From: Candidatus Brocadiales bacterium | GTDB taxonomy: Bacteria > Planctomycetota > Brocadiia > Brocadiales > Bathyanammoxibiaceae | Direction: 5' to 3' | Length of the DNA stretch: 49,644 bases | Assembly (NCBI GenBank): GCA_030586765.1 | Contig: JAUQZZ010000001.1 | Coordinates: 1-49,644, forward strand | Shown: positions 26,211 through 40,170 of the stretch, piece by piece | Layout: each line of letters begins with the position of its first letter | Numbering within the stretch: position 1 is the stretch's first letter | Position numbers and translations under genes: made by a program | The notes under the pieces: model-generated | What the model was told of the DNA's origin: nothing | The model's database searches: none | Seen by the model: the letters and a program-made list of their open reading frames with translations, nothing else

Positions 26211-27032
26211 TCACTTTTGTCTCCTGCGGAGGATAAATTTGTTACTCAAGGCCCTCTTCTTCCTCGTCTTTCCCCCCTTGGACAATACCCCTGTGCGGGA
26301 ACAGGGTGGGCGGCCGCCATGGGCCCTTCCCTCGCCACCCCCCATGGGGTGTGAAACGGGGTTCATAGCCACGCCCCTCACACGGGGCCTTATGCCCATG
26401 TGGCGACTCCGGCCGGCCTTGCCAATGGTCACGTTAATCTGGTCGAGATTGCCTAACTGGCCGATGGTGGCCCTGCAGTTCTCGTGAACCTTGCGGATCT
26501 CTCCAGAGGGCAGGACTACGTGGGCGTATCCGCCCTCCCTGGCCAGCAGCTTGGCCATGCCCCCGGCAGACCTTACCATCTGTCCTCCGTGGCCTATCTG
26601 TAGCTCTATGTTGTGTACATCCATCCCAAGGGGTATGTTCTTCAGGGGCATGCAGTTACCTACCTTGGGTTCTGCCGATTCCCCGGAGATAACCGTATCT
26701 CCTACCTTTATGCCCTCAGGGGCTAATATGTATCTCTTCTCACCATCCTTATAGTGCAGGAGGGCTATCCTGGCGGTTCTATTGGGGTCGTACTCTATAG
26801 TAGCAACCCTGGCTGGGATATTATTTTTATCCCTCTTGAAGTCTATGAGTCTGTAGAACCTCTTTGAGCCTCCTCCCATATGCCTGGAGGTCATCCTTCC
26901 AGCGTTATTCCTGCCACCTGTCCTGGGAAGGGGTTCTAAGAGAGACTTCTCAGGCTCTGTAGTAGTAATCTCAGAAAAATCTAAGATGCTTGCAAAGCGT
27001 CTCCCAGGGGATGTCGGTTTGTAGTATCTCAT
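26211..27032 (-). CDS. rplB: 50S ribosomal protein L2.
   Basis: GGRNN.GR.TSRH.GGG.K ... [13 protein letters not shown]. Confidence 0.97.
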   Translation of the reverse strand: MRYYKPTSPGRRFASILDFSEITTTEPEKSLLEPLPRTGGRNNAGRMTSRHMGGGSKRFYRLIDFKRDKNNIPARVATIEYDPNRTARIALLHYKDGEKRYILAPEGIKVGDTVISGESAEPKVGNCMPLKNIPLGMDVHNIELQIGHGGQMVRSAGGMAKLLAREGGYAHVVLPSGEIRKVHENCRATIGQLGNLDQINVTIGKAGRSRHMGIRPRVRGVAMNPVSHPMGGGEGRAHGGRPPCSRTGVLSKGGKTRKKRALSNKFILRRRQK

Positions 27033-27036
27033 GTTT

Positions 27037-27318
27037 CTAGTATCCCAAGTCGATGGCGTTGCCCTCTGCCAGGGTGACTATGGCCTTCTTCCAGATATGG
27101 CCCTTAGTGGGTCCGTACCTTGTCCTGCGGGATTTCCCCCGCCTCATTACGGTCCTGACACCGAGAACTTTTACCTTGAAGAGTTTTTCAATGGCCTCCT
27201 TTATCTGAATCTTATTGGCCTTTCTATCTACCTCAAAGTGATAGGAATTGTTCCTGTCCCTATCAGTAACACTTTTTTCCGTGTGAAGAGGTTTCTTAAC
27301 TATCTGGAAGGTGTCCAT
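27037..27318 (-). CDS. rplW: 50S ribosomal protein L23.
   Basis: [12 protein letters not shown]...[24 protein letters not shown]. Confidence 0.95.
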   Translation of the reverse strand: MDTFQIVKKPLHTEKSVTDRDRNNSYHFEVDRKANKIQIKEAIEKLFKVKVLGVRTVMRRGKSRRTRYGPTKGHIWKKAIVTLAEGNAIDLGY

Positions 27319-27321
27319 GGT

Positions 27322-27933
27322 CTACTGTAGACTGCCTAGCTGGTCACGAGTCACAAGGAGCCTTTTCCTTCTCAGGAGTTCATAGGCGTTTAATTGGGAG
27401 GCCTGCCTAACGGCTAGGCCCGGGATATTCCGTGCAGATTTCCATATTGTCTTATTCTCGTCCCTAGCCACCACAAGGCAGCTACCTTCTATCCCCAGTG
27501 TCTTGAGGAGGGTGACCATCTTCTTTGTGCTGGGGCTGTCAAACTCCAGCTTGTCCACCACCGTTACTTCTCTATCCAGGAGTTTGCCCAGCAATGCGGA
27601 ACGCAGGGCCAACTTCTTGGCCTTCTTGGGTATCTGGTAAGAATAGTCTCTGGGCTTTGGGCCGAAGACTATCCCCCCCTTTCGCCACAGGGGTGAACGG
27701 ATCGTCCCTACCCGTGCCCTGCCGGTATGCTTCTGTACCCAGGGCTTCCTTCCTGAGCCATGTACCTCTGCCTTGGTCTTGGTGGAGGCCGTCCCTACCC
27801 TCTGATTGGCCTCGTACATAAGCACCGCTTCCCTGAGCAGACCCTTACGTACCTCGCCCCCTAAACTCCCTTCTTCTAGCCTGAGCTTGTCTACCTCTTG
27901 CCCCTGGGAGTTATAAACGGCAAGTTCTATCAT
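27322..27933 (-). CDS. rplD: 50S ribosomal protein L4.
   Basis: GSGRKPWVQKHTGRARVGTIRSPLWRKGG. Confidence 0.96.
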   Translation of the reverse strand: MIELAVYNSQGQEVDKLRLEEGSLGGEVRKGLLREAVLMYEANQRVGTASTKTKAEVHGSGRKPWVQKHTGRARVGTIRSPLWRKGGIVFGPKPRDYSYQIPKKAKKLALRSALLGKLLDREVTVVDKLEFDSPSTKKMVTLLKTLGIEGSCLVVARDENKTIWKSARNIPGLAVRQASQLNAYELLRRKRLLVTRDQLGSLQ

Positions 27934-28571
27934 GCCTTGGCCCCCTCCTTGACGCTCTTCTTTATAATCACATAGGTCCCAGGAGAACCTGGCACTGCAC
28001 CCTTTACTAGGAGAAGATTTTGCTCCCTGTCCAGCCGCATTATCTCCAGGTTCTGTATCGTTACCCGCTCCTGACCCATATGCCCTGCCATCTTTTTATT
28101 CTTCCAGACCCTGGCAGGGTCTGTATTAGAACCGATAGAGCCAGGTGCCCTGTGCCTTGTGGAACCATGGGTCATGGGCCCACCTTTAAAGCCCCATCTC
28201 TTTACTACTCCCTGAAAGCCTTTACCTTTGGTGATACCTGTAACATCTACCCTCTTTGTATCCTGAAAGACCTCGACCCCCAGGGCCTGACCTGCTTGAA
28301 GGGCTGGCTCTCCTGTATAAGCGACTTCACGGATAACCCTCTTCGGCCCCTGGCCTATCTTCTTTGTATGGCCAAGTTCAGGCTTTATAGCCACCTTTTC
28401 CTTCTTATCTTCGAAGCCTAACTGGAGGGCAGTGTAGCCATCCTTATCTGGGGTCTTCACTTGAAGGATGTGGCAAGGCCCAGCCTTTAGGACAGTAACG
28501 GGCACCCTGGTGCCGTCTTCCTTAAAGATTTGGGTCATGCCTATCTTCTTTCCCAGCAAACCACCTATCAT
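27930..28571 (-). CDS. rplC: 50S ribosomal protein L3.
   Basis: [12 protein letters not shown] ... [22 protein letters not shown]. Confidence 0.96.
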   Translation of the reverse strand: MIGGLLGKKIGMTQIFKEDGTRVPVTVLKAGPCHILQVKTPDKDGYTALQLGFEDKKEKVAIKPELGHTKKIGQGPKRVIREVAYTGEPALQAGQALGVEVFQDTKRVDVTGITKGKGFQGVVKRWGFKGGPMTHGSTRHRAPGSIGSNTDPARVWKNKKMAGHMGQERVTIQNLEIMRLDREQNLLLVKGAVPGSPGTYVIIKKSVKEGAKA

Positions 28572-28588
28572 GTGAACATCTCCAAAAC

Positions 28589-28900
28589 CTACACCTTGAT
28601 CTTTATTTCAATCCCAGCAGGCATATTAAGCCTATTTAAGGCATCCACCGTCTTGGCCGTTGGCTCTAAGATATCTATAATACGCTTGTGGGTTCTTATC
28701 TCGAACTGCTCCCTAGACTTTTTATCCACATGGGGAGAACGCAGTACGGTATATCTTTCCACACGAGTGGGCAGAGGAACAGGACCCAAGACCTTAGCTC
28801 CTGTCCGCTTCGCGGTCTCTACAATCTCTGCGGCAGCCTGATCCAGCACCCTGTGGTCATAGGCTTCCATCCTTATACGAATCTTTTGATCTACCACCAT
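28589..28900 (-). CDS. rpsJ: 30S ribosomal protein S10.
   Basis: [39 protein letters not shown]. Confidence 0.96.
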   Translation of the reverse strand: MVVDQKIRIRMEAYDHRVLDQAAAEIVETAKRTGAKVLGPVPLPTRVERYTVLRSPHVDKKSREQFEIRTHKRIIDILEPTAKTVDALNRLNMPAGIEIKIKV

Positions 28901-28951
28901 ACCTCACCTAGAGGAAAAAACGTTACTATGATACTATTTATTTTCTCTATG

Positions 28952-31024
28952 TCAACTGCTCAAACTGGCGTAAATTTCTTTGGGTACGGCTCTGTACTGG
29001 AAGGGCTCCATAGTGTAACTGCCTCTGCCACTGGTAATAGACCTGAGGGTGGTGGCATAGCCAAACATCTCCGCCAGTGGTACATGGCTCCTGATTATCC
29101 TCGCGCCGCTCCTGACATCTAGCTCTAAGATGTCTGCCCTGCGGCTGTTAAGATCGTTCAGTACATCCCCCAGGTAGGACTCTGGCACTGCTACTTCTAC
29201 CTTCATGATGGGTTCAAGAAGCACAGAACCCGCCTGCTGTACAGCACGGGTTAGGGCATGGGCGGCAGCGGTATAGAAGGCGAGGTCTGAGGAGTCTACC
29301 GGGTGGTGAGACCCTCCTGTAAGGGTGGCCTTTATGTTAAGGAGAGGGTAACCCCCTGCGACACCGCTGCTAATGCCGTCTTCTAGGGCTGACTGGACGG
29401 ACCTTATATACGTTCTGGGAATAACCCCTCCTATTATCTTGTCTTCAAAGATTACAGGATGGGCATCCTTACAGGGCTCAAAGATGATGACCACGTGACC
29501 ATACTGACCGTGTCCACCCGTCTGCTGGATGAACTTCTCCTCAATCTCCACTGCCTTGGCTATGGTCTCCTTATAAGCCACCTTGGGTGTACCCACATTG
29601 GCGTCTACCTTGTACTCCCTGAGCATACGGTTCTTCAAGACCTCCAGGTGCAGTTCACCCATCCCAGAGATAATAAGTTGTCCCGTTTCCTCGTCCATGC
29701 GGGTCTCAAAGGTAGGGTCTTCTTTCTCCAATTTGTTCAGGGCGTAGACGAGTTTTTCTTTCTCTGCCTGGGTCTTGGGCTCAATGGCCATAGAAATGAC
29801 TGTCTCCGGGAAGTGCATGGGTTCCAGGAGTATCAGGCTCCGCTTTTCACAGAGGGTATCCCCGGTGACTGTGTGCTTGAGGCCTATGGCCGCTGCTATG
29901 TCCCCTGCTGATACCTCCTCCACCTGCTCCCGCTCATTGGCATGCATCCTGTAAAGCCGGCTTACCAGTTCAATCTTATTCTTCCTAGAATTGTATACCC
30001 TCTGTCCTGAGCGGAGTTTCCCAGAGTATATGCGTAGATAGGTAAGGTCTCCATGTTTATCAGACATTATCTTAAAGGCCAGGGCCGCTAAGGGCTCATC
30101 GGCAGATGCCTTCCTAGTGATAGTCCCTTCCTGCTCGGGATGGGCACCTTCTACAGGAGGGACGTCAAGAGGGGAAGGAAGGTAATCGCAGACTGCATCT
30201 AGAAGGGGCTGGACCCCTTTATTCTTAAAGGCGGCACCACAGAGTACAGGGGTGAACTTGACGCCTATAGTCCCCTCCCGGAGGGCCCTCTTTATGTCTG
30301 CCTCAGTTATGGGCTCCTCCCTCAAATACTTCTCCATGAACCAATCCACTTCCTCAGCTATACGTTCTATCATTTCTTCCCTAAGTTTCTGTACCTCAGG
30401 GAGATGCTCCTGGGAGATATCAACCTCTTCGTATCCAGTACCTACCTCATCCTGATAAAGCCAGACCTTCATTCTTACCAGGTCTATGCAGCCCTTAAAG
30501 TCCTGCTCCTTCCCTAGGGGTATTTGTATGGGTACAGCCTTCGCCCCGAGTTTTTCTCTTATCTCCTCCACTACTCTAAGAAAGTCTGAACCCACGCGAT
30601 CCATCTTGTTTACAAAGCACAGCCTGGGTACTCGGTACTTGTCAGCCTGGCGCCAGACGGTCTCTGACTGGGCCTCAACACCACCTACACCGCAAAAGAC
30701 ACATATGGCACCATCTAGCACCCTAAGGGACCTCTCTACCTCTGCAGTGAAATCCACGTGACCCGGGGTATCTATGATATTTATCTGGCAGTCCCTCCAG
30801 AAACAGGTTGTGGCAGCAGCAGTAATGGTTATACCTCGCCTCTGCTCCTCCTCCATCCAGTCCATAGTGGCAGTGCCTTCGTCCACCTCACCTATCTTAT
30901 AGGCCTTACCCGTATAAAAGAGAATCCTCTCAGTGAGGGTTGTCTTCCCCGCATCAATGTGGGCTGCTATACCAATGTTGCGCATCTTCTCAATGGGTTT
31001 CTTTTCCATAGCTATTCTTACCAA
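28952..31024 (-). CDS. fusA: Elongation factor G.
   Basis: [26 protein letters not shown] ... DTPGHVDF. 690 aa. An alternative start is MEKKP at 31009. Confidence 0.97.
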   Translation of the reverse strand: MVRIAMEKKPIEKMRNIGIAAHIDAGKTTLTERILFYTGKAYKIGEVDEGTATMDWMEEEQRRGITITAAATTCFWRDCQINIIDTPGHVDFTAEVERSLRVLDGAICVFCGVGGVEAQSETVWRQADKYRVPRLCFVNKMDRVGSDFLRVVEEIREKLGAKAVPIQIPLGKEQDFKGCIDLVRMKVWLYQDEVGTGYEEVDISQEHLPEVQKLREEMIERIAEEVDWFMEKYLREEPITEADIKRALREGTIGVKFTPVLCGAAFKNKGVQPLLDAVCDYLPSPLDVPPVEGAHPEQEGTITRKASADEPLAALAFKIMSDKHGDLTYLRIYSGKLRSGQRVYNSRKNKIELVSRLYRMHANEREQVEEVSAGDIAAAIGLKHTVTGDTLCEKRSLILLEPMHFPETVISMAIEPKTQAEKEKLVYALNKLEKEDPTFETRMDEETGQLIISGMGELHLEVLKNRMLREYKVDANVGTPKVAYKETIAKAVEIEEKFIQQTGGHGQYGHVVIIFEPCKDAHPVIFEDKIIGGVIPRTYIRSVQSALEDGISSGVAGGYPLLNIKATLTGGSHHPVDSSDLAFYTAAAHALTRAVQQAGSVLLEPIMKVEVAVPESYLGDVLNDLNSRRADILELDVRSGARIIRSHVPLAEMFGYATTLRSITSGRGSYTMEPFQYRAVPKEIYASLSS

Positions 31025-31491
31025 GTAAAGTGGGCAAAGGCCTTGTTGGCCTCGGCCATCTTGTGGGTATTCTCCTTCTTTATATAGGCTGCGCCTTGTC
31101 TTCTATAAGCCTCCATCAGCTCCTCTGCCAGTCTAAGGGACATGGGACGGCCCTTCTTCGCCTTTGCTGCCTGAACGATCCATCGGATAGCCAAGGATGT
31201 CTGCCTCTTTCTCGGCACCTCTACAGGCACCTGATATGTGGCACCCCCAATACGCCTAGAGCGGACCTCCACCAGGGGCTTCACATTATTGATTGCCGCC
31301 TCAAAGACCTCCATGGGTCCTTTATCTGCCACCTTTTTCTTGACCTGGTCCATGGCCCCGTAAAAGACCCTCTCCGCAACGCTCTTCTTTCCCTTTCTCA
31401 TAAGACCGTTTATAAACTTAGAAACCATCTTACTGCCATATATAGTGTCGGGCTTGATGAAGACTTCAGTACTTCTATACTCTAAAGCCAT
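31018..31491 (-). CDS. rpsG: 30S ribosomal protein S7.
   Basis: [22 protein letters not shown] ... [19 protein letters not shown]. Confidence 0.96.
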   Translation of the reverse strand: MALEYRSTEVFIKPDTIYGSKMVSKFINGLMRKGKKSVAERVFYGAMDQVKKKVADKGPMEVFEAAINNVKPLVEVRSRRIGGATYQVPVEVPRKRQTSLAIRWIVQAAKAKKGRPMSLRLAEELMEAYRRQGAAYIKKENTHKMAEANKAFAHFTW

Positions 31492-31506
31492 AGGATAAAT
31501 CTCCTC

Positions 31507-31881
31507 TTACTTAGGGCTCTTTGCCCCATACTTGGAGCGCCCCCTCCTTCTGCCCTCTACTCCGGCAGCATCCAGGGAACCCCGAATAATATGATACTTA
31601 ATCCCAGGCAGGTCTCTAACCCTACCCCCCCTTACCAGAACGATGGAATGTTCCTGGAGGTTATGTCCCTCACCAGGAATATAGGCCGTAATTTCCCTAC
31701 CGTTAGAGAGCCTGACCCTGGCTACCTTTCTTAAGGCAGAGTTAGGTTTTTTAGGTGTACGAGTCATTACTTGAAGACAGACCCCCCTCTTCTGGGAGCA
31801 GGCTTCCAGGTCTGGACTCTTGCTCTTCTTTTTTACTTGCCTTCTTCCCTTCCTAACCAGTTGATTTATTGTAGGGGTCAT
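31507..31881 (-). CDS. rpsL: 30S ribosomal protein S12.
   Basis: [12 protein letters not shown] ... [20 protein letters not shown]. Confidence 0.97.
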   Translation of the reverse strand: MTPTINQLVRKGRRQVKKKSKSPDLEACSQKRGVCLQVMTRTPKKPNSALRKVARVRLSNGREITAYIPGEGHNLQEHSIVLVRGGRVRDLPGIKYHIIRGSLDAAGVEGRRRGRSKYGAKSPK

Positions 31882-31892
31882 TAGCTCTCCTC

Positions 31893-34800
31893 TTATTTTG
31901 GTGCAGCGCCTTCTAGCTCTTTAGGTGCCTCAAGCTCCACCTTCCTCACATCTAGGGCTGCGAAGGCCTTGAAGCCAGTGCCTGCAGGGACCAGGTGGCC
32001 AAGTATAACATTCTCCTTCAGGCCTTGCAGGGGGTCCCGCTGGCCCCTTAAGGCAGCCAGGGTTAGTACCTTGGTGGTCTCCTGGAAGCTGGCGGCTGAG
32101 ATAAAACTCTCCGACTGCAAAGAGGCCTTGGTGATGCCCATGAGCAAGGGTTTTGCCGTGGCAGGCTTGCCTTTGGCCTCTTTAACACGCTTGTTTTTCT
32201 CCTTGAACTTAAACTTGTCTATTACCTGACCCGGAAGCAACTCTGTATCCCCAGGCTCATCTACCCTCACCTTCCGGAGCATTTGGGCAACGATTATCTC
32301 TATGTGCTTATCATCGATGGGTACGTTCTGGGAGCGGTAGACGTTCTGAACCTCCTTGAGCATATACTGCTGAAGTTCCTCTTCACCGCTGATGCGGACC
32401 ATATCCTGGAGCACCAGGGGTCCTTCCACCAAGGGATCACCAGCCTTTACGCGATCACCCATGTGCACACGGAGATGTTTGCCTCTAGGCACAAGGTGTT
32501 CCCTCTTGAATCCCGAGACCTCGTCCTTCACAATAATAGTCCTCTTTCCCCGCCTCTTTTCTCCTAGCTCCACTATACCGTCGATCTCGCTGATAACCGC
32601 AGGGTCTTTGGGTTTTCTGGCCTCGAAGATTTCTGTAACCCTGGGCAAACCACCCGTGATATCCTCGGTTCGAGTGATCTCCCTGGGGGTCTTGGCCAGG
32701 AGATGTCCAGGGGTAACGCTGTCACCCTCATCCACCTCTATATAGGCCTTCTCTGGGATAGTGTAGGCACTAAGGATCTTCCCGGTGGAATCCTCAATAA
32801 TGATCTGGGGATGGAGGTCGCCTTTGTGCTCAATAATGAACTTCCTCTTAAAACCAGTAGCAACGTCCGCCTCGGTGCGCATGGTCTTATCTTCAACGAC
32901 GTCCTCGTAGCGAATCCTGCCGGTAAACTCTGCCAGGATGGGAGTCATGTGAGGGTCCCATCTGGCCAGGAGTTGTTGTGGGGTTACCTTCTCCCCCTCC
33001 TTGACCAGCAGCGTTGCTCCCAGAGGTGCCATGTACTTGTCAATCTGTCGTCCCTTGTCATCCAAGAGGTGCAGTTCTCCATTAGCCACCAGAGAGACCA
33101 CTTGACCCTCAGGATTCTTTACCACCTTCAGGTTGGGGGCAAATTGGATATTACCTGCCCGCTTTGCCCTTACCTCACTCTCTTCCACTGAACGGGTGGC
33201 AGTACCACCTATGTGGAAGGTCTTCATAGTGAGCTGTGTACCTGGTTCACCTATGGACTGGGCAGCAATGATGCCTACGGCAGTGCCCTCTTCTACCAGT
33301 TCGCCCCGGGAGAGGTCCACGCCGTAACACTTGGCGCACACCCCTAAGGGCATTTCACAGGTAAGGGGTGAGCGCACAAGGATCTTCTCATAACCCAGGG
33401 CCTCTATCCTCTTGGCCTTCTCCTCAGTAATAAGCTCATTCTCCCTTACAATTACCTCGTCCTTGACCAGGTCTACTATGTTATTTCTTGCCACCCTACC
33501 AGAGATAATCTTGCTCAGGGGAATCTCTACCTTCTCTCCTCGATAGATGGCACTCTTAGTAATACCTCCCAAGGTGCCACAATCATTGCCTGTAACCACT
33601 ACATTCTGTGCAACATCTGCTAACTTCCTGGTGAGGTATCCGCTATCAGCGGTCTTTAGGGCAGTATCTGCCAGACCCTTCCTAGCACCGTGGGTGGAGC
33701 TAAAGTACTCTAAGACCCCAAGACCTTCACGGAAGTTGGCCTTTATAGGGGTTTCGATGATGCGTCCAGAGGGCTTAGCCATAAGACCTCTCATGCCCGC
33801 CAACTGACGGATCTGCTGGGCACTTCCCCTGGCACCAGAGGCAGTCATCAGATATACGGGGTTCAGGTAAGGTCTACCTTCTCTGATATCCGACGCCAAC
33901 TCCTTTAGCATCTCTTCAGCCACAGTGTTACTGGCATCCGTCCAAGCATCTATGATCTGGTTGTATCGTTCCCCTTCCGTAATGGTTCCCTTACGGTAGA
34001 ACTTCTGTATCTTTTCTACCTCGGCCTGGGTCTTGGCTATGATCTGCTGTTTCTTCTTGGGCATCTTGAGGTCGTCCATAGCCATGGAGAGCCCTGCTTT
34101 TGTACACTCTTTAAAACCTAGCTCTTTGATATCGTCCAGAAGTTCTATGGTCTTCTCCCGCCCCAGTGTCTTGTAACAATCCTGAATGATATTGTTGATG
34201 CTCTTTTGATCCATATTATAGTTATAGAAGGGTAGTACTTCTGGCAGTATAGTGTTGAAGATAACCCTTCCCACAGTGGTCTTTAGGAGGCCATTTTTCA
34301 GCGCTTCAGGGCCCCCTTTACCCATAGCCGTCTTTCCTTTAGGCAGCCTCACCTCTATATGGGTATGCACCTTGACCTTTCTCTCCGCATGGGCCAGGAG
34401 AACCTCATCCAGGGAGGAGAACACCCTCCTCCGCCCTTCCAGTTCCCCATCCTCTATCCAATAGGTGAGATAGAAACAGCCCAGCACTATATCCTGGGAA
34501 GGAGTTATAATGGGGTCTCCTGAGGCCGGGGAGAAGATGTTATTGGTAGCCAGCATCAGGGTGACGGCCTCTATCTGGGCCTCGTAGGACAGCGGCAGGT
34601 GGACTGCCATCTGGTCGCCGTCAAAGTCTGCATTAAAACCCTTACATACCAGGGGGTGCAATTTTATGGCATTGCCCTCCACTAGAACAGGCTCGAAGGC
34701 CTGAATACCTACTCGGTGAAGGGTCGGAGCCCTGTTAAGGAGCACTGGGTGGTGGCGAACCACTTCCTCCAGGATATCCCACACCGCTTCTTCCTTCTTA

Positions 34801-35990
34801 CTAAGTATCCGCTTGGCGCTCTTTATCGTGTCAGCTAGTCCTAGCTCCTTTAACCTGCGGATGATGAAGGGCTGGAAGAGTTCCAAGGCTATCTTCTTGG
34901 GAAGACCCACTTGATATAACTTCAATTCAGGGCCTACCACTATCACAGAACGGGCAGAGTAATCTACCCTCTTACCTAGAAGGTTCTCCCTGAAGCGGCC
35001 CTGCTTGCCCTTGATCATGTCCGTCAAGGATTTCAGTGGCCTGTTGTTGCTTCCCAAGACGGGGCGTTTGGACCTCTCGTTGTCAAAGAGGGCATCCATC
35101 GCCTGCTGGAGCATCCTCTTTTCGTTACGGATTATCACCTCTGGGGCATTAAGGTCTATCAGTTTCTTCAGGCGGTTGTTGCGGTTTATGATCCTTCTAT
35201 ATAGGTCATTGAGGTCTGAGGTGGCAAAATTGCCGCTCTCCAATAAGACCAATGGTCTGAGGTCTGGTGGTATCACGGGGATAACCCTGAGTATCATCCA
35301 CTCGGGGAGATTACCCGAATCCCTCATGGCCTCCACAAGCTCTAGCCTCCTGATAATTTCTCTCTGACGCTGACGAGAAGCAGTCTTGGCGAGTTCTCCC
35401 CTTAGTTCTTTGGACAGCTTCACCAGGTCCAATCCCTTAAGCAGGGCCGCTATCGCTTCTGCCCCCATTCCGGCCTTGAAGCTGTGCTCACCATATTTTT
35501 CCTGGCAGTCTCTGTACTCCTCCTCACTGAGAAGTTGGTACTCCCTCAGGGGTGTATTGCCAGGGTCAATGACTACGTAGTCCTGGAAGTAGATAACCCT
35601 TTCAAGACTGCTGGTCTTCATCCCCAAAAGGCTCCCCAGCCTAGAGGGCATGGCCTTAAAGAACCATATATGAACCACAGGGGCAGCCAGGTTTATATGG
35701 CCCATCCTCTTCCTTCTGACCCGGGAATGGGTAACCTTCACCCCGCAGCGGTCACATACAATTCCTTTATGCTTTATCCCCTTATACTTACCGCAGAAGC
35801 ACTCCCAGTTTCGTTCTGGCCCAAAGATCCTCTCGCAAAAGAGTCCGTCCTTCTCTGGCCTGTAGGTGCGGTAGTTTATGGTCTCGGGCTTCTTTACCTC
35901 TCCATAGGACCAGCTCCTTACATCTTCAGGAGAGGCGAGGAGTATCCTTACAGAATCAAATTCGCTAATCTTATCTAACAGAGCTTCCAT
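31893..35990 (-). CDS. rpoC: DNA-directed RNA polymerase subunit beta'.
   Basis: It has the Zn finger CFCGKYKG...CDRCG and the catalytic NADFDGD. 1365 aa. Confidence 0.98.
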   Translation of the reverse strand: MEALLDKISEFDSVRILLASPEDVRSWSYGEVKKPETINYRTYRPEKDGLFCERIFGPERNWECFCGKYKGIKHKGIVCDRCGVKVTHSRVRRKRMGHINLAAPVVHIWFFKAMPSRLGSLLGMKTSSLERVIYFQDYVVIDPGNTPLREYQLLSEEEYRDCQEKYGEHSFKAGMGAEAIAALLKGLDLVKLSKELRGELAKTASRQRQREIIRRLELVEAMRDSGNLPEWMILRVIPVIPPDLRPLVLLESGNFATSDLNDLYRRIINRNNRLKKLIDLNAPEVIIRNEKRMLQQAMDALFDNERSKRPVLGSNNRPLKSLTDMIKGKQGRFRENLLGKRVDYSARSVIVVGPELKLYQVGLPKKIALELFQPFIIRRLKELGLADTIKSAKRILSKKEEAVWDILEEVVRHHPVLLNRAPTLHRVGIQAFEPVLVEGNAIKLHPLVCKGFNADFDGDQMAVHLPLSYEAQIEAVTLMLATNNIFSPASGDPIITPSQDIVLGCFYLTYWIEDGELEGRRRVFSSLDEVLLAHAERKVKVHTHIEVRLPKGKTAMGKGGPEALKNGLLKTTVGRVIFNTILPEVLPFYNYNMDQKSINNIIQDCYKTLGREKTIELLDDIKELGFKECTKAGLSMAMDDLKMPKKKQQIIAKTQAEVEKIQKFYRKGTITEGERYNQIIDAWTDASNTVAEEMLKELASDIREGRPYLNPVYLMTASGARGSAQQIRQLAGMRGLMAKPSGRIIETPIKANFREGLGVLEYFSSTHGARKGLADTALKTADSGYLTRKLADVAQNVVVTGNDCGTLGGITKSAIYRGEKVEIPLSKIISGRVARNNIVDLVKDEVIVRENELITEEKAKRIEALGYEKILVRSPLTCEMPLGVCAKCYGVDLSRGELVEEGTAVGIIAAQSIGEPGTQLTMKTFHIGGTATRSVEESEVRAKRAGNIQFAPNLKVVKNPEGQVVSLVANGELHLLDDKGRQIDKYMAPLGATLLVKEGEKVTPQQLLARWDPHMTPILAEFTGRIRYEDVVEDKTMRTEADVATGFKRKFIIEHKGDLHPQIIIEDSTGKILSAYTIPEKAYIEVDEGDSVTPGHLLAKTPREITRTEDITGGLPRVTEIFEARKPKDPAVISEIDGIVELGEKRRGKRTIIVKDEVSGFKREHLVPRGKHLRVHMGDRVKAGDPLVEGPLVLQDMVRISGEEELQQYMLKEVQNVYRSQNVPIDDKHIEIIVAQMLRKVRVDEPGDTELLPGQVIDKFKFKEKNKRVKEAKGKPATAKPLLMGITKASLQSESFISAASFQETTKVLTLAALRGQRDPLQGLKENVILGHLVPAGTGFKAFAALDVRKVELEAPKELEGAAPK

Positions 35991-36012
35991 ACCTAATACC
36001 TCTTGTCTAATA

Positions 36013-39000
36013 TTATAATTTTTTCTTCTCTAACAACAGGTTGAGGCAAAGTCCTTGAATCTCCTTTAACAGCACCTCAAAAGAGGCAGGGGTACCCGCT
36101 TCTAGGATATTCTCCCCCTTCACCATAGACTCGTATATCTTTGTCCTCCCCTCTACATCATCGCTCTTTACGGTAAGGAGTTCTTGGAGGTTGTATGCTG
36201 CCCCGTAGGCCTCCAGGGCCCAAACCTCCATCTCTCCAAATCTCTGCCCACCAAAACGGGCCTTTCCACCCAGGGGCTGCTGGGTTATCAGGGAATAAGG
36301 GCCTGTGGCACGGGCATGGACCTTATCATCCACTAGGTGGTGTAACTTCAGAATGTACATGTTGCCCACGGCGACCTTCTCTTCGAAAGGCATCCCGGTT
36401 CGGCCGTCGTAGAGGGTCACCTTTCCATCCTCTGGAAGGCCTGCCTCCTTCAGGGTTTCCCTGATTTCTTCCTCTTTAGCTCCCTCAAAGACAGGCGTTA
36501 TGGCCTGAAAGCCTAAGGTTTTTGCAGCCCATCCTAGGTGCGTCTCTAGTATCTGTCCTACGTTCATCCTGGAAGGCACACCCAGGGGGTTCAGGAGTAT
36601 ATCCACAGGGGTGCCGTCCTCCAAGAAAGGCATATCCTCCTCAGGCAGTATTTTGGCTATCACTCCCTTATTGCCGTGCCTTCCCGCCATCTTGTCCCCC
36701 ACAGAGAGTTTCCTCTTGGTAGCTAGGGATACCTTTGCCACTTCCAATACCCCGCTAGGGAGTTCATCTCCTCTTTTTAGCTGGTTTATCTTCCTGTCCC
36801 TTTCGTCCTTTAAGGACTCTATCTTCTGGAGGAAGGGCTGGCATAGGGACACTGCCTCATCCCTCTTCTTCCTGTTGGAGAAGGCTATGTTCTCTACATT
36901 AAAGGCCTCCGCCAGCTCGACTATCTGCTTGCTGGTCATGGAGGACTTTATTCTAAAATCCTGACCTGTCTGGCTATCTACAAGAGGTTCTTCCACCTCC
37001 TTCTGGAGGGTCTGTATCATAGCAGAAAACTCTCTGGCAATCTCCCTACCGTACTTGGTTTCCAGATCCGTTATCTGCTGGGAGATACTCTGCCTCTCTT
37101 CCTCTGAGAGGTATGCCCTGCGGGAGAACCTCTGGGTGCCTATGATCGTACCATCCACACCGGAGGGTACCTCCAGGGACTCGTTTCTTACATCCTCCCC
37201 AGCACGACCGAAGATGGCGTAGAGGAGTTTTTCTTCAGGAGAGAGCTCACTTCGACTCTTGGGTGCTATCTTCCCCACCAGGACATCTGCGGATTTTACC
37301 TTGGTGCCTTCTAAGATGACTCCATGTTCATCCAGATTCTTCAGGGCCTTCTCAGAGACATTGGGTATATCCCTGGTAAACTCTTCCCTACCCAACTTCG
37401 TCTCTCTCACCTCTGCCTCAAACTCCTCCCTGTGTATAGAGGTGAAAACATCCCCCTTTAGCAGCTTTTCGCTCACTACTATCGCGTCCTCAAAATTGTA
37501 GCCGTCCCAGGCCAGGAAGGCCACTAACACATTGCGCCCCAGGGACAATTCCCCTTGGCAGGTAGCGGCCCCATCGGCTATTATCTCTCCCTTCTTTACC
37601 TTCTGCCCTTCCTTGACAATAGGCCTTTGATTCAGACAGGTGCGCTCATTTAGTCCTACAAACTTTCTTAAAGGGTAGACATCATGGTCATCAATAACAA
37701 TGGTGTTAGCATCCACCTTGGTAACGGTGCCTGCCTTTTGGGCGCAGACCACCATGCTGGAATTCTGTGCCACTACCTTTTCCATCCCCGTGGCTATAAT
37801 AGGAGGTTCGGCCTTAAGGAGGGGAACGGCCTGCCTCTGCATGTTAGAGCCCATAAGGGCTCGGTTAGCGTCGCTGTGCTCCAAGAAAGGTATGAGACTG
37901 GCAGAAACTCCCACGAGCTGTCTTGGAGACACATCTATATAGTTTACCTCTTTTGCACCAGCCGCTTGGAAATCGCCATTGTACCTGGCCAAGACCTCCT
38001 CCCCTAGCTCCTTGCGCTGTCCATTAGTTCCAACTAAGGCATCAATGGGTGCCAAAAGCTTACCTTCTTCCTCATCAGCCCTCAGGTAGTCTATCTTGCC
38101 AGTAAGCCTGCCGTTTGTCACCAACTGATAGGGTGTGACTAAGAATCCATATTCATCTGTGGTAGCGAAGATGCTGAGAGAGGCGATGAGTCCTATATTT
38201 GTACCTTCAGGGGTCTCTATTGGACATATCCTACCATAGTGGGATACATGCACGTCCCTAACCTCGAAGCCTGCCCTCTTGCGATTTAGCCCCCCTGGAC
38301 CCAGGGCACTCAGCCTTCTTTCATGGGTGAGTTGGGCAAGGGGATTGGTCTGATCCAGAACCTGAGATAACTCTCCGCGGCTGAAGAAATAGTCAATTGT
38401 AGACATAATGGTCTTGGAGTTAATAAGTACCCTAGGGGTAAGCTGTTCGGGTTCCTTGCCGCTCATCCTCTCCTGAACCGTTCTTCTCAACTTAAGGAAG
38501 CCTCTACGTAATTCTTCCCCCACCAGTTCATCTATAGTCCTCAAACGGCGATTGCCCAGGTGGTCGATGTCATCTATTGCGGCTCCCTCACCCTTACGGA
38601 GTTTTACGATATATCGGATGGCGTTAACTATGTCCTCTTTGTGCAGGATCATTTCCGCTTCTGGGATATGCTGGGAGAGCTTCCTGTTCAGTCGGAATCT
38701 GCCCACAGAACCAAGCCTGTATCTCTTGGGGTCGAAGAACTTCTCGTAAAAGAGCTGCTTTGCCTTATCCAACTGTTGAGGGTTACCAGGCCTAAATCGG
38801 GCGTAAAGTTTCAGGAGGGCTTCTTCGTGGGACTTGGTCTTGTCATCCTCTAAGGAATTTATTACCAGGGGGTCTTCTATCTCTCTTATAACTTCTATCT
38901 CTTTGAGACCTAATTTAAGAAGGGCCTCTATGACGGACTCGCTAATCTGTGCCCCTGTCTTTAGTACCACCTCGCCCGTCTGAGGATTGAATACTGTCTG

Positions 39001-39708
39001 GGCAGAGTAGCTCCCTTTTAGCTTAGAAGAGGTCAACTTGTCGGTTTCCGTCTCGTAGAAGAGGCGAATGATGTCCTCGTCTCTAGAGAATTCCTCTCCC
39101 ACAGCCCTTAGGAAGCAAGTAGCTGGAAAGCGCCCGCTCTGGTCTATGCGCACATTTAGGATGTCTTTCTTGCCCACCTCTATCTCTATCCAGCTCCCCC
39201 TTTCAGGGATTATCCTGCAGGAATGTAGTCGCTTCTCGGCATGGAGCTCCTCCAGAAAATCCACTCCAGGGGAACGATGGAGTTGGGTAACAATGACCCT
39301 TTCAGTTCCATTTATAATAAACTCGCCGCCCCCTATCATGACAGGCATCTCACCCACATAGACCTCCTCCTCTACACCCTCACTCTTTTCTTTTCGGGTC
39401 AGACGGAGCCTGAGCCTCAGTGGTCTCCCGTAGGTAAGGTGGAGCAACCGGCACTCTTCTGAGGTGTATCTGGGTTTCCCCAGTTCGTATTTGATGTACT
39501 CTAGCACCAATTTCTCGTCATAACTCTTTATAGGAAATATTTCCCTGAGGATGGCCTCTAGACCCTTGTTCGCCCTCCTTGAGGCGGGGACGTCCTCCTG
39601 CAGGAATTCCCTGTAGGCCTTGGTCTGTATCTGCGTGAGGTTTGGTACCTCTATTATCTCTTTAACTTTGCTGTAGTCACGCATTTCCATCTGCTTATTT
39701 ACCCCCAT
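36013..39708 (-). CDS. rpoB: DNA-directed RNA polymerase subunit beta.
   Basis: [17 protein letters not shown] and [16 protein letters not shown] are present. 1231 aa. Confidence 0.98.
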   Translation of the reverse strand: MGVNKQMEMRDYSKVKEIIEVPNLTQIQTKAYREFLQEDVPASRRANKGLEAILREIFPIKSYDEKLVLEYIKYELGKPRYTSEECRLLHLTYGRPLRLRLRLTRKEKSEGVEEEVYVGEMPVMIGGGEFIINGTERVIVTQLHRSPGVDFLEELHAEKRLHSCRIIPERGSWIEIEVGKKDILNVRIDQSGRFPATCFLRAVGEEFSRDEDIIRLFYETETDKLTSSKLKGSYSAQTVFNPQTGEVVLKTGAQISESVIEALLKLGLKEIEVIREIEDPLVINSLEDDKTKSHEEALLKLYARFRPGNPQQLDKAKQLFYEKFFDPKRYRLGSVGRFRLNRKLSQHIPEAEMILHKEDIVNAIRYIVKLRKGEGAAIDDIDHLGNRRLRTIDELVGEELRRGFLKLRRTVQERMSGKEPEQLTPRVLINSKTIMSTIDYFFSRGELSQVLDQTNPLAQLTHERRLSALGPGGLNRKRAGFEVRDVHVSHYGRICPIETPEGTNIGLIASLSIFATTDEYGFLVTPYQLVTNGRLTGKIDYLRADEEEGKLLAPIDALVGTNGQRKELGEEVLARYNGDFQAAGAKEVNYIDVSPRQLVGVSASLIPFLEHSDANRALMGSNMQRQAVPLLKAEPPIIATGMEKVVAQNSSMVVCAQKAGTVTKVDANTIVIDDHDVYPLRKFVGLNERTCLNQRPIVKEGQKVKKGEIIADGAATCQGELSLGRNVLVAFLAWDGYNFEDAIVVSEKLLKGDVFTSIHREEFEAEVRETKLGREEFTRDIPNVSEKALKNLDEHGVILEGTKVKSADVLVGKIAPKSRSELSPEEKLLYAIFGRAGEDVRNESLEVPSGVDGTIIGTQRFSRRAYLSEEERQSISQQITDLETKYGREIAREFSAMIQTLQKEVEEPLVDSQTGQDFRIKSSMTSKQIVELAEAFNVENIAFSNRKKRDEAVSLCQPFLQKIESLKDERDRKINQLKRGDELPSGVLEVAKVSLATKRKLSVGDKMAGRHGNKGVIAKILPEEDMPFLEDGTPVDILLNPLGVPSRMNVGQILETHLGWAAKTLGFQAITPVFEGAKEEEIRETLKEAGLPEDGKVTLYDGRTGMPFEEKVAVGNMYILKLHHLVDDKVHARATGPYSLITQQPLGGKARFGGQRFGEMEVWALEAYGAAYNLQELLTVKSDDVEGRTKIYESMVKGENILEAGTPASFEVLLKEIQGLCLNLLLEKKKL

Positions 39709-39736
39709 CTATCATTTTATCATAAAACCGTAAACC

Positions 39737-40165
39737 CTATTTTACCTCCACCGTGGCCCCAGCCTCCACTAACTCCTTTTTCATCTTTTCTGCCTCTTCC
39801 TTGGAGACACCCTCCTTGACAGTCTTGGGCGCCTCATCTACCAGGGTCTTTGCTTCCTTGAGCCCCAGGGTAGTATGAGCCCGTACCACCTTTATGACCT
39901 GAATCTTATTTGCCCCTGCGGCCTTGAGGATTACATCAAAGGCGGTCTTCTCCTCGGCTGTTGGGGCCTGAGCTGCAGGTCCTGCCATAGGCATCCCCGC
40001 AACGGCTACCGGCGCTGCGGCCTGGGCTGTCACACCAAACCTCTCTTCAAAGGCCTTTACTAGCTCAGAGGCCTCTATTAGGGTCAAACCCTGGACTAGG
40101 TCTAGTATCTGATTAATCTTTTGAGAATAGGCTGGACTCTCCATCTTAACGGTCTCTGCGGACAT
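39737..40165 (-). CDS. rplL: 50S ribosomal protein L7/L12.
   Basis: [19 protein letters not shown], an Ala/Pro hinge, and [27 protein letters not shown]. Confidence 0.95.
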   Translation of the reverse strand: MSAETVKMESPAYSQKINQILDLVQGLTLIEASELVKAFEERFGVTAQAAAPVAVAGMPMAGPAAQAPTAEEKTAFDVILKAAGANKIQVIKVVRAHTTLGLKEAKTLVDEAPKTVKEGVSKEEAEKMKKELVEAGATVEVK

Positions 40166-40170
40166 CTTCT

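Noticed and set aside
28901-28951. Absence of tuf after fusA as evidence of a deletion or rearrangement.
   Set aside because: The 51-nt junction shows no remnant of tuf, and a complete tuf sits in the tufB-type context at 43273-44475. Single-copy tuf arrangements are normal variation.
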